Source of the DNA: Carcharhinus amblyrhynchos
Lineage: Eukaryota
Length of the DNA stretch: 64,000 nt
Reading direction: 5' to 3'
Assembly (NCBI GenBank): GCA_965287045.1
Contig: OZ336893.1
Span: 3,348,001 to 3,412,000 of the forward strand
Shown here: positions 26,353 to 37,450 of the stretch, piece after piece
Numbering within the stretch: position 1 is the stretch's first letter
How the letters are laid out: every line of letters starts with the position of its first letter
Notes under the pieces: generated by a model
What the model was told of the DNA's origin: nothing
Database searches by the model: none
What the model saw: the letters and a program-made list of their open reading frames with translations, nothing else
Made by a program: the position numbers and the translations under genes

Positions 26353-26855
26353 AAATTATTTTTGAGCTCCATAAATTGAGAGGTTTCACAGATGGTGTTT
26401 ATATAAAATTGGTGGTTTATTGATCAACTACTTTGAATCAAATTGATAAAATAATAATTAAAATATTTGTCCACATTCTCAAAGACCAGTTAGTTCTAAA
26501 AGATCCTAATGGAGGTAGTCTGACTTCCTTTTGTTGCCTTGTGTATCAGTATGCTAAAGAACTGCTAGTAAATTTCCTCTGGTCAATAACCTATGCTTTT
26601 TTAACATGTTTGTTCAAAATACAGAACGCAAGAATTGCTTAATAGAAATACTGATAAAGCAACACATATTCATTTGTGTATAAATGAATCCAGAAAAGCC
26701 AACAGTTGACAAAATTTGGGGATCAGAAACTCAGAGTTAATAACTTGTTCCTACAATTTCCAAAATAAAGCAAGTGCAAAGCACAGATTTCTATAAACGA
26801 TCTCCATGACTTATGGCATGCATCCATGTAAAACTGTTAATATTCAGTTACATGA

Positions 26856-27112
26856 TCTGGAGATGCCGGTGTTGAACTGGGGTAAACACAGTAAAAAGTC
26901 TCACAACACCAGGTTAAAGTCCAACAGGTTTATTTGGTAGGAAAAGCCACTAGCTTTCTGAGTGCTTGCTGCCCTTTCAGCAGGTGAGTGGGAGTTCTAT
27001 TCACAAACAAGGCACTCACCTGACGAAGGGGCAGCAAGTGCCTCGAAAGCTACTGGCTTTTGCTGCCAAATAAACCTGTTGGACTTTAACCTGGTGTTGT
27101 GAGACTTCTTAC
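26856..27112. mobile_element. Palindromic Penelope-type non-autonomous element with hammerhead motifs and 17-bp TSD
   Basis: 100-bp inverted arms at 26891-26990 and 27013-27112; TSD aatattcagttacatga at 26839-26855 and 27113-27129. Confidence 0.85.
27013..27057 (+). ncRNA. Minimal hammerhead ribozyme motif (Penelope type), activity unproven
   Basis: cac-CTGACGA-a-ggggc/gcctc stem II-GAAA-gc-TA; palindromic AGCT helix III; one mismatch in stem I (ctg instead of gtg). Confidence 0.6.
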
Positions 27113-27175
27113 AATATTCAGTTACATGACATTTGTCCAAGTCATGTAACATGCATCATTAAAAATACAATTTAC

Positions 27176-27242
27176 CAATACAATGATTGCAGCCGGTCCA
27201 ACAAATGCGTAAAGGAGGCCTCCTTCCAAAGACAACCAGCAG
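27176..27242 (-). CDS. ADGRB2: ADGRB coding exon, ECL2-TM5: [22 protein letters not shown]
   Basis: 67-nt exon, acceptor tgtttccag|C TGC TGG, donor GTATTG|gtaaat. [18 protein letters not shown] is the invariant BAI motif. Confidence 0.93.
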
Positions 27243-28827
27243 CTGGAAACAAGCAAAAAACATAATCAGTTTCAAAGGAACATATCTGTTATTGATAAAA
27301 AGCAAAAAACGGTGTTTTATTAAACTGTAAAGAGAAACATGAGGGATATGGGTTGACTCCCAAGTCCCTTTCTTCATTTCATTAGAGGGCATTGTTTCCT
27401 GCTCGGTAATCCACTCCCTTTGGAAAAAAAACTGAAATGCCATTTGCCTTCTCAATCTATGCTGTATCTGCTAACTTGCTGTGATCCTTGTACATGCCCA
27501 CCCAAGTATCTCTAAACATCACCACTGATAAGTTCATGACTTGTAAAAAGTATTCATTTTTCTATCCTTACTACCAAAATGAATAATCTCATGCTTGCCC
27601 ACAATATATTCTGTCACCTTGTTGTCCATCTATCAACATCCTCTGTCAGCCTCTTTTTGTCCTAGCTTTTCATGAACACCTTTAGGTATATTGCTCTCAA
27701 TTTCTCTTTCACAGCTGAAGCCCCAGCACTCATCCTTGTGACCTAGTTATATCCAGCCAATTTGAAAATGCCACAATGTGCCTGTACTTTGTTTGCTGTC
27801 CATTAAATAATCATCCACCCATGCTAATATATTGGCTTATCTCCGGAAGCCCTTATTTTACATACTAATCTTTTGTGCGACAATTTATCAAACTCCTTTT
27901 GGAAACTGACATATATTGTGTCCACTGATTCCCATTTATCTACTCTATTAGTAACAAGAATCACAGAGTGTAGATTTGACCAATCAAATTTACACTGACA
28001 CATCAGAACCACCTGACCTACTTACCTAATCCCATTTACCAGCATTTAGTCCATAATCCTGAATGTTATGATGTATCAAGTGCTTGTCCAAATACTTTTT
28101 AAAGAATGTGAGACAAATGACCATCACCCTCACAGGGAATACATTTCAGACCATCACCACCCTCTGGGTGAAAGAAGATTTTCTTCACATCCCCCTAAAC
28201 CCCCTGCCCCTACTTTTAACCTGTGTCCCCTCATGACTGATCCTTCAACTACAGGAAGAATGCCGCCATGTCCATGTCCCTCATAATCTTGTACACCTTG
28301 ATCAGATCGCCTCTCAGTCTATTCTGCTCCATCAAAAACAACCCAAGCCTATCCAACCTCTCTTCATAACTTAAACATTTCATCCCAGACAACATCCTGG
28401 TGAATCTTCTTTGCAGCGCCTACAATGCAATCACATCTTTCCTATAATGTGGTGACCAGAACTGCACACAGTACTCCAGCTTTGGCCTCAGCAAAGTTCT
28501 ATACATAAGAAAGTAAGAACTAGGTCTGCTCTCCCATTCAACAAGATCATGGCTGATCTTTTCGTGGACTCAACTCCACTTATTCTTCTGCTCACCATAA
28601 CCCTTAATTCCTTTACTGTTCAAAAATTCATCCATCTTTGCCTTAAAAACATTTAGCAAGGTAGCATCAACTGCTTCACTGGACAGGGAATTCCACAGAT
28701 TCACAGCCCTTTGTGTGAAGATGTTCCTCCTCAACTCAGTCCTAAATATGCTCCCCCCTATTTTGAGGCCATGCTCCCTAGTTCTAGTTTCACCCGCCAC
28801 TGGAAACAACCTCCTTGCTTCTATCTT

Positions 28828-31602
28828 ATAAGAACATAAGAAATAGGAGCAGGAGTAGGCCATCTAGCCCTCAAGCCTGCTCCGCCATTCAATAAGATCA
28901 TGGCTGATCTGATAGTGGTTCAATTCCACTTACCCGTCTGCTCCCCATAAATCCTTAATTCCCTTATTGGTCAAAAATCTATCAGTGATTTAAACACATT
29001 TAACGAGTTTCTTTACTGCTTCAATGGGCAGAGAATTCCAAAGATTTACTACCCTCTGGGAGAAGAAGTTCCTCCTCAACTCTGTTCTAAATTGACTCCC
29101 CTGTATTTTGAGGCTGTGCCCCCTAGTTCTTGTTTCCATTTTAAGTGGAAATAACCTCGCTGCTTCTACCCTGTCTAGCCCCTTCATTATCTTATATATC
29201 TCTGTAAGATCGCCCCTCAACCTTCTAAACTCCAATGAGAACAAGCCTAGTCTACTCAATCTCTCCTCATAAGTTAACCTCCTCATCTCCGGAATCAACC
29301 TGGTGAACCTTCTCTGCACCCCCTCCAAAGCCAATATATCCTTTCTTAAATAAAGGGACCAAAATTGTACACAGTACTCCAGATGTGGCCTCACCAGTAC
29401 CATGTACAATTGCAGCAAGACCTCCCTGCTTTCACACTCCATCCCTCTTGTGATAAAGGCCAACATTCCATTTGCCTTCTTGATCACCTGCTGCACCTGC
29501 AAACTGAGCTTTTGTGATTCATGCACAAGGACCCCAAGGCTCCTCTGCACAGTAGCATGTTGTAATTTTTCACCATTTAAATAATAGTCTATTTTACTAT
29601 TATTCCTTCTAAAGTGGCTAACCTCACATTTACCAATGTTATACTCCATCTGCCAGATTCTTGCCCATTCACTTAGCCTATCCAAATCTCTCTGCAGACT
29701 TTCTGTGTCCTCCACACAATTTGCTTTCCCACTCATCTTTGTGTCATCAGCAAACTTTGTTACCCTACACTCAGTACCCTCCTCCAGATCGTCTATGTAT
29801 ATGGTAAACAGTTAAGGCCCCAGCACCGATCCCTGTGGCATGCCATTTGTTACCGTCTGCTAACCGGAAAAACACCCATTTATTCTGACTCTCTGCTTTC
29901 TGTTAGATAGCCAATCCTCAATCCACACTAACACTTTACCCCCAACTCCGTGGACCTTTATTTTATGCAGCAACCTTTTGTGAGGCACCTTATTGAATGC
30001 CTTCTGGAAATCTAAATATACCACATCTACCAGTTCCTCTCTGTCAACTGCACTTGTTATATCTTCATAAAATTCCAGTAAATTCGTCAAACATGACTAC
30101 CCTTCATGAATCCATGCTGTGTCTGCTTGACTGAAGCATTCTTTTCCAGGTGTCCTGCTATTTCTTCCTTATTGATGGATTCCAGCATTTTCCCAACTAT
30201 GGATGTTAAGCTAACCGGCCTGTAGTTATCTGCCTTTTGTCTACCTCCTTTTTTAAATCGTGGCATTATATTAGCTGTTTTTCAATCAGCTGGCACCTCC
30301 CCAGAGTCCAGTGAATTTTGATAAATTACAACGAATGCATCTGCTATTACTTCTGCCGTTTCTTTTAGTACCCTGGGATGCATTCCATCCGGACCCGGGG
30401 ACTTGTCTACCTTTAGTCCCAATAGCCTACCCAGCACTACCTCTTTAGTAATAGTGATCGTTTTAAGGTCCTCACCCGCTACAGTCCCATGATTGTCAAT
30501 TATCGTATGCTATTTGTGTCCTCCACTGTGAAGACCAACACAAAAAAACTTGTTTAAGGCCTTGGCCATTTCATTGTTTCCCATTATTAAATCCCCCTTC
30601 TCATCTTCTCAGGGCCCAACATTTACTTTAGCCACTCTTTTCCATTTTATATTTTATATATCCATTTGTAAAAACTTCTCCTATCAGTTTTTGTGCTATC
30701 ATATTTTGTGCTAGTTTACTTTCATAACCTGTCTTTCCTTTCTTTATTGCTTTCTTAGCCGTTCTTTGTTGTTTTTTAAAGCTTTCCCAATCTTCTCGTT
30801 CCCCACTAATTTTGGCCACTCTGTATGCATTGGTTTTTAATTTAATACTCCCCTTTATTTCCTTAATTATTCATGGCTGGTTATCCCTTTTCTTACATTC
30901 CTTCTTTTTCACTAGAATATATTTTTGCTGAGTACTGAGAAAAATCTCCTTAAAAATCCTGCACTGTTCCTCAACTGTCCTACCATCTAATCTGCGTTCC
31001 CAGTCTACATTAGCCAACTCCACCCTCATCCTATTGTACTCCCCCTTGTTCAAGCAGAGGACACTGGTTTGGGACCCTACTTTCTCACCCTCCATCTGTA
31101 TTAGAAATTCAACCATATTGTGACCACTCATTCCAAGTGGTTCCCTCACAAGGAGATCATTAATTTTACCTGTCTCATTACACAGGACCAGATCTAAAAT
31201 AGATCGCTCCCTCATAGTTTCCTCGAACAGTATATTACAGAACCTATCTCAACAGCATTCTAAGAACTCTTCGAGTCCACTGCGTCCGACTTGAGTTGAC
31301 CAATCAATATGAAAGTTAAAATCCCCCATGATTCCGTTTTTACACGCATCTGTTATTTGTTTGTTTATAGCCCGCCCCACCTCAAGGTTATTATTTGGGG
31401 GCCTATAGACTACTCCCACCAGTGACTTTTTCTCCTTACTATTCCTTATCTCCACCCACATTGATTCCACATTTTACTCCTTAACGCCTATATCGTTTCT
31501 CACTAAAGCCCTACTCTTATCCTTAATTAACAGAGCCACCCCACCTCCTTTTCCTTCCTGTCTATCCTTCCGAATTGTCTGATACCCCTGGATATTCAAT
31601 TC
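28828..31602 (-). mobile_element. CR1 LINE ORF2 (APE + RT) with stops and frameshifts
   Basis: ORFs 31249-31470 (VYRPP, MGDFN), 30871-31215, 29860-30090 (DFQKAF) and 28990-29736; (cttatgtt) tail. Confidence 0.93.
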
Positions 31603-33342
31603 TGTTCTCTTCAGAATTTTATGTTTCTATAAGATTCCCCCCTCATTCTTCTAAATTCCAATGAGTATAGTCTCAGTCTACTCAGTCTTTCTCATAAGTC
31701 AACCCTCTCAACTCCAGAATCAACCTGGTGAATCTCCTCTGCACCAATAACAGCACATCCTTTCTCAAGTAAGGAGACCAAAACTGTACTCAGTACTCCA
31801 GGCTTGCCTCACTAGCACCTTAGGTGCAACATAGCCACACTGTTTTTAAACACTATCCCTCTAGCAATGAAGGACAAAATTCCATTTGCCTTCTTCATTA
31901 TCTGCTGCACCAGTAAACCAACTTCTTGTGATTCATGAACAAGGACACCCAGGTCCTGCACAGCAGCATGCTGCAATTTTTACCATTTAAATAATAGTCC
32001 ATTTTGCTGTTATTCCCACCAAAATGAATGATCTCACATTTACCAACATTGTATTCCATCTTCCAGATCCTTACTCATTCACTTAAACTATCTATATCCC
32101 TCTGCAGACAAACAACAAAGAAAATTACAGCACAGGAACAGGCCCTTCGACCCTCCAAGTCTGCACAGACCACTTAATCAAAATCCCTTAAACTTCCGGG
32201 GACCATATCCCTCCATTCTCATCCTATTCATGTATCTGTCCATGCCTCTCAAAACTCACTATCGTATCTGCTTCCACTACCTCCCCGCTAACGAGTTCCA
32301 TAACAAACAATAGGGAGCCCAACACAGATACCTGTGGTACGCCACTGGACACTGGTTTCCGGTCACTAAAGCAGCCTTCTGTCTCCTACAACTGAGCCAA
32401 TTTTGAATCCACTTTATTTAATTATTCTGTATCCCATGTATGTTTGCCTTCTTTACAAGCCTCCCATGCGGGATCTTGTCAAAGGCTTTGCTGAAATCCA
32501 TATAAACTACATCGACTGCACTATCCTTGTCTACACACTAGGTAAACTCCTCTAAAAATTTAATTAAATTTGTTAGGTGTGACCTCCCCCTGATGAATCA
32601 TGCTAGCGAATCATGTTAAAAACAGTGTGGCTATGTTGCACCCAAGGTGCTAGTGAAGCAAGCCTGGAGTACTGAGTCCATGATCAAGTTTTGCCTCTCT
32701 ATGTTAAGATAGATGCTCTTCTTTAGAAGGTTCTCTAATAGTTTCCCTGTCACTGACGTGAGACTCACTGGTCTGTAGTTCCGTGGTTTATCTCTACAAG
32801 CCTTCTTAAATAGTAAAACCACATTAGCTATTCTCCAGTTGTCTGGCACCTTCCCATGGCCAGAGAGGATTAAAAATTCGGAACAGAGCCCCTTCAATCT
32901 CCTCCCTTCACTCCCACAGCGGACAAGGGCAAAATTCTGGACCTGGAAATTTTTTCACTTCTAAGGCTGCCAGCACCTGCAATACCTTGTCCTTGCATAC
33001 ATCAACTTGCTCAAGAACCTCACACACTCTCTCCAAATTCCACACCATTGTCCTCATTCTCTGGGGTGAAGATAGATGTAAAGTATTCATTCAACACTCT
33101 ACCAATGTCCTCTGGCTGCACCCACAGCTTGCCCCTTTTGTCCTTAATGGGCCACACTCTTTTCCTGGTTATCCTATTCCCATTGAAATACTTATAGAAT
33201 ATCTTTAAATTTTCCCCACTTTTACCAGCCAGAACTTTAATCATATTCCCTCTCTGCTCTCATAATTGCTTTCTTAAACCCTACCCTGTATCTTGCCTCT
33301 GCTGATTGGTTCAAAAAACTCTAATGAATTTCTCGTACACGA

Positions 33343-33470
33343 TGGGTGGGATTTTATGGCTTCGCTTGAGCGAGACCAGAAATTCCTGCCCAAATACTAC
33401 AGACATTTCCATTGCCTGCCCTTCGCCCGCTCTGATTCTGTGGTGGGCAGAGCAGTAAAATTCCAGTGGA
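33343..33470. mobile_element. ~125-bp MITE-like element (Harbinger-like ends)
   Basis: gggtgggatttta...taaaattccag; related copy at 48598-48721. Confidence 0.55.
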
Positions 33471-33621
33471 TTTTTCTTTTGTAAAACCATGCTGACTCTG
33501 ACTGTGTGATGATTTTCTAAGTGAATTGTTCAAATTTTCTTCAGAACAGATGCCAATGATTGTTGTCAGGTTAACTGGTCTGTAGTTCTGCTCCCCCCCT
33601 TTCTTAAATACAGATGTTAAA

Positions 33622-33918
33622 TAAAGTTTAAAGTATATTTATTATTGTCACAAGTAGGCTTACATTGACACTGCAATGAAGTTACTGTGAAAATTCCCTA
33701 GTCGCCACATTCCAACACTGTTCGGGTATACTGAGGGAGAATTTAGCATGGCCAACGCACCTAACCTACATGTCTTTTGGACTGTGGGAGGAAACCGGAG
33801 CATCTGGAGGAATTCCACGCAGACATGGTAAAAACGTGCAGACTCTGCACAGACAGTGTCCCAAGCCAGGAATTGAAACCGGGTCCCAGGCACTATGAGG
33901 CAGCAGTGCCACCATGCC
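33622..33918 (-). mobile_element. V-SINE with Rex1-like tail
   Basis: Head, V-domain and tail aatgtaagcctacttgtgacaataataaat. Confidence 0.85.
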
Positions 33919-35959
33919 ATCTAACTTCCAAATTGTTGGGACAGTTTTAGAATCGAGGGAGTTTTTCAATGTATGTGCTTTTCTTCGTGCCAAGGTTATT
34001 GACCTAAACATTACTTGGAGGGGGGGAGTCAAGGGGTTGGTTGGGTCAGGTCTGAGGGAAAGGGGAATCTGCTTGACTCAGGTCTGTGGTGGCCTGGGGG
34101 AGAGGCGGGGGGGGGAGGGGAGCTGCTGTCAGGTTGGGAGTTGAGTGTGGAATGGGAATATCCAATAGTCCCAGTGGCACGGTGGAGGTAGAGATGCCAA
34201 GACATAATGGGGGAAGATCCTAAGTGGGTTGGGAGGGGTAATAGTGAGGTAATTAGTAGCAGGGTGGTGGTGAAGTCATATGGGTAGCTGGAAGGGTTAT
34301 GGGGAACAGGTGGAGGCAGTCCTGTAGGCAGATGGTCAGAGGGCCTGGTGTGGAAGAGGAGACACAGGGGTGGTGTCAGTGGTGTTAGTGGGTGGCAGGG
34401 GAATTCTATTGGATAGTGTGGAGGAGGTGGCAGTAGGGTGCAGGGACTTGGGGGTGACATGAGGAGGGAGTGTCCCATAGGTGGTCAGGCTGAATCAATG
34501 TTAGAGTCACACAGAAATAATTATAATTCTTCCAACCTTTTATGGGTAATTATTGGTCTAGGACAGTCCGCATCATTCAAAATTTGCCATTTGAACTGCA
34601 TCTTCCCAAAGCATGGCAACTGCCCTCCGGAAGTTTAAAGACTGCTGGGTAGCTGCTGCCCTTCTCCCAATGTTTGTTACAACAATGTTTGTTACAAACT
34701 CCAATTATTTTTTGCTTAATGTCCTACTCAAGAGCAAAGCTACTGTTCGGAGGCCCTATAAACCATTCTTACCGACATTTTATGACCTTTGTTATTCCTA
34801 ATCTCTGTCCACATTGATTCTATTTCCTGATCTTCTGAGCTAAGGTCCTTTTTTAAGACAGTCCTTATGTCATCATTTACTATCAACCTTTTCTTCCCAT
34901 TCTCCTCACTTTCTGAAAAGTTTTGTACCTTGGAATATTTATTTCCCAGCTTTAGTCACCTGGTCACCATGTCACTATAATCCAAACCATTTATTTCTAC
35001 TTGTGGCATGAGTTCACCCACCTTAAATAAATGCTTCACACATTCAGATAAAGAATACTTCACTTTATTTTTACTACCAATTTTTGCATCCTAATTTGCT
35101 ATTACACTTTTACTGGTAAGTCTAGTAAGGTAGAGACATGTTTGGCACAACTTTGTGGGCTGAAGGGCCTGTACAGTGCTGTAGTTTTTCTATGTTTCTA
35201 TGTTAAACCCTCTGACTCTTCCTGTCCACTCCTTTTTCTTTATCCAAATCAAAAATCTGATCTTCGCCTCTGCCTTTCCTTTGAAATTTCTAATTTTTGG
35301 TTTAAAGCCCTTCAATTCACCAGGACATGTATCTTTGCTCTATTTAAGTAGATCCCATTCCAATGTAACAGCTCCCCCTTTCCCCAGTGTTGGTGCCATG
35401 TCCCATGAATTGAAACTTCCTCTTCCCACAATACTCTGTGAACCAAGTGTTTAATTCTCTAATTTGTTTCACACTTTGTCAATTGATGCATGGTTTAGAT
35501 GATAATCCAGAGATTATTATCTTTCAGTTTGTGTTTTAATTTGGAACATGACTTTTGTAGCTGAATGTCATTACTGGCTCTTCCTATGTTGTTAGTTTAT
35601 ATTTGGATCACTGGATACTCCCCCTCCCATTCCAAGTTAATTCCAACCACAAGGATATGTCATTAATCCTGGTACCAGGCAGCATCACAGTTTTTGGAAC
35701 TCCTGGCTGGGGCTGCAGAGAACAGTATTCTATCCCACTAACTATACTGTACTCTATCAGCACCACATTCATGTTCACTCCCCCAAAGCAGAAAAATGAG
35801 GGAAAAAAACATACTGGAAAAAGATGTCGCCATTTGACTCTCTCCAATCTGTTTTACTATTCCACTATATTAGAAGCTGATCTGTGCTTCAATTCCATTT
35901 ACCCAATCTTGTCCTATAGCCTTTGGTATTCTTGCCTAATATAAACCTGTCAATGTCAT

Positions 35960-36305
35960 TATTTTCTAAAATGCAGGGGTTTAGGTGGCTGAATGCATTT
36001 TCAATGTTGGCAGGAAAGGAAGAGAACAGTTGTTAAGAGTTGGCAGGGCAAAGTGTTTGTGCTGGGATGTAGATTTGGAGAAGATTGCAGTACCATCAAG
36101 TGGTTTGAAGATAATGCTGATGATTTATTAGATGACCTTCTTGGGGAGGGGGAACAACTGAGATGGTAAAGCTCATGCATAATTAGACATGTGAGATAAT
36201 AGATAGGCCTTGGAGTTCTGTCCATGTAGGTTGCAGCTGGAGAGGTTGGGTAGAAAAGTGAAGAAGTCAAGCTTTGAGGTGACAAAGGCAAAGGTAAGGA
36301 TTTCA
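35960..36305 (-). mobile_element. Old L2-like LINE 3' fragment
   Basis: Degenerate AFVTSKLDF / F.PANIENAF-like peptides, related to 40700-41300. Confidence 0.5.
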
Positions 36306-37450
36306 TGGTGTGTCAACATCCTTTGGGTTACCACTGACCAGAAATTCGACTGGACTCACCACAGAAACACAGTGGCTACAAGAGCAGATCAGAGGCTAGG
36401 AATATTGGAGTGAGTAACTCACCTCCTGACTCCCCAAAGCCTGTCCACTATCTACAAGGCACAAGTCAGTGTGATGGAATACTCCCCTAATTACCTTAAT
36501 GGGTGCAGCTCCAACATCACTCATAAAGCTTGACACCATCCAGGACAAGCAGCCTGCTCAATTGGCACCACATGCATACACATCCACTCTTTCCACCACC
36601 GATGCTGAGTAGCAACAGGATGCACTACAAAAATTCACTAAAGATCCTTAAACAGCACCTTCGAAACCCGCGACCACTTCCATCTAGAAAGACAAGGGCA
36701 GCAGACCACCCCACCACATACAAGTTGGTATCAACTGAGAACAACTGAGATGGTAAAGCTCATGCATAATTAGATATGTGAGATAATAGATAGGCCTTGG
36801 AGATACCCATTGGTATCAATGGGTGCTATCCTGATTGGCGGTTGGTGACTAGTGGAGTGCCACAGGGATCGGTGCTGGGGCCTCAGCTATTTACCACTTA
36901 CATAGATGATCTGGAGCAGGGGGCTGAGTGTAGGGTGATGAAATTTGCTGATGACACGAAGATGAGTGGAAAAGCAAATTGCGTGGAGGGTGTGAAAAGT
37001 CTGCAGAGGGATCTGGATGTTAGATCGGAGTTGAGGAGGAACTTCTTCACTCAAAGGGTGGTGAATCTCTGGAATTCTCTGCCCGTCGCTAAATACATTT
37101 AAGTCACGGGTAGATAGGTTTTTGACAGACAAGGGAATTAAGGGTTATGGGGAGAAAGCAGGAAAGTGGAACTGATCCACTTCAGATCAGCCATGATCTT
37201 ATTGAATGGTGGGGCAGGCTCGAAGGGCTAGATGGCCTACTCCTGCTCCTATTTCTTACGTTCTTAAGTTCTCCTCCAAGCCACTATCCTGACTTGGAAA
37301 TATATTGCCATTCCTTCGCAGTCGCTGGGTCAAAATCCTGAATTTCCCTTCCTCGCAACTTTGTGTGTCAACCCACAGCACATGGACTGCAGTGTTTCAA
37401 CAAGGTATCTGACCACCCCCTTCTCAAGGGCAACTCAGAATGGGCAAATT
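36306..37450 (+). mobile_element. Old LINE family B 3' part, split by a CR1
   Basis: 36306-36726 resumes at 37266 and ends at gggcaactcagaatgggcaa. Confidence 0.75.
36812..37265 (+). mobile_element. CR1 (family A) with a large internal deletion
   Basis: PQGSVLGP..FADD..LQRDLD is joined directly to RSELRRNFFTQRVV; tail present. Confidence 0.9.

Larger units (their letters stand above)
27430..35800 (-). mobile_element. Nested cluster of at least five CR1 LINE copies, all on the minus strand
   Basis: Outer old copy 27430-27960 resumes at ~33475 and 34650-35800. Inner copies: 27960-28503, 28505-28827 plus 31603-32108, 28828-31602 and 32109-33290. Confidence 0.8.

Noticed and set aside
33930-34640. 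G-rich tract and Pro-rich ORF 34029-34478
   Set aside because: Low-complexity interior of a probable non-autonomous DNA element; no splice or homology support. G-quadruplex potential is unremarkable.
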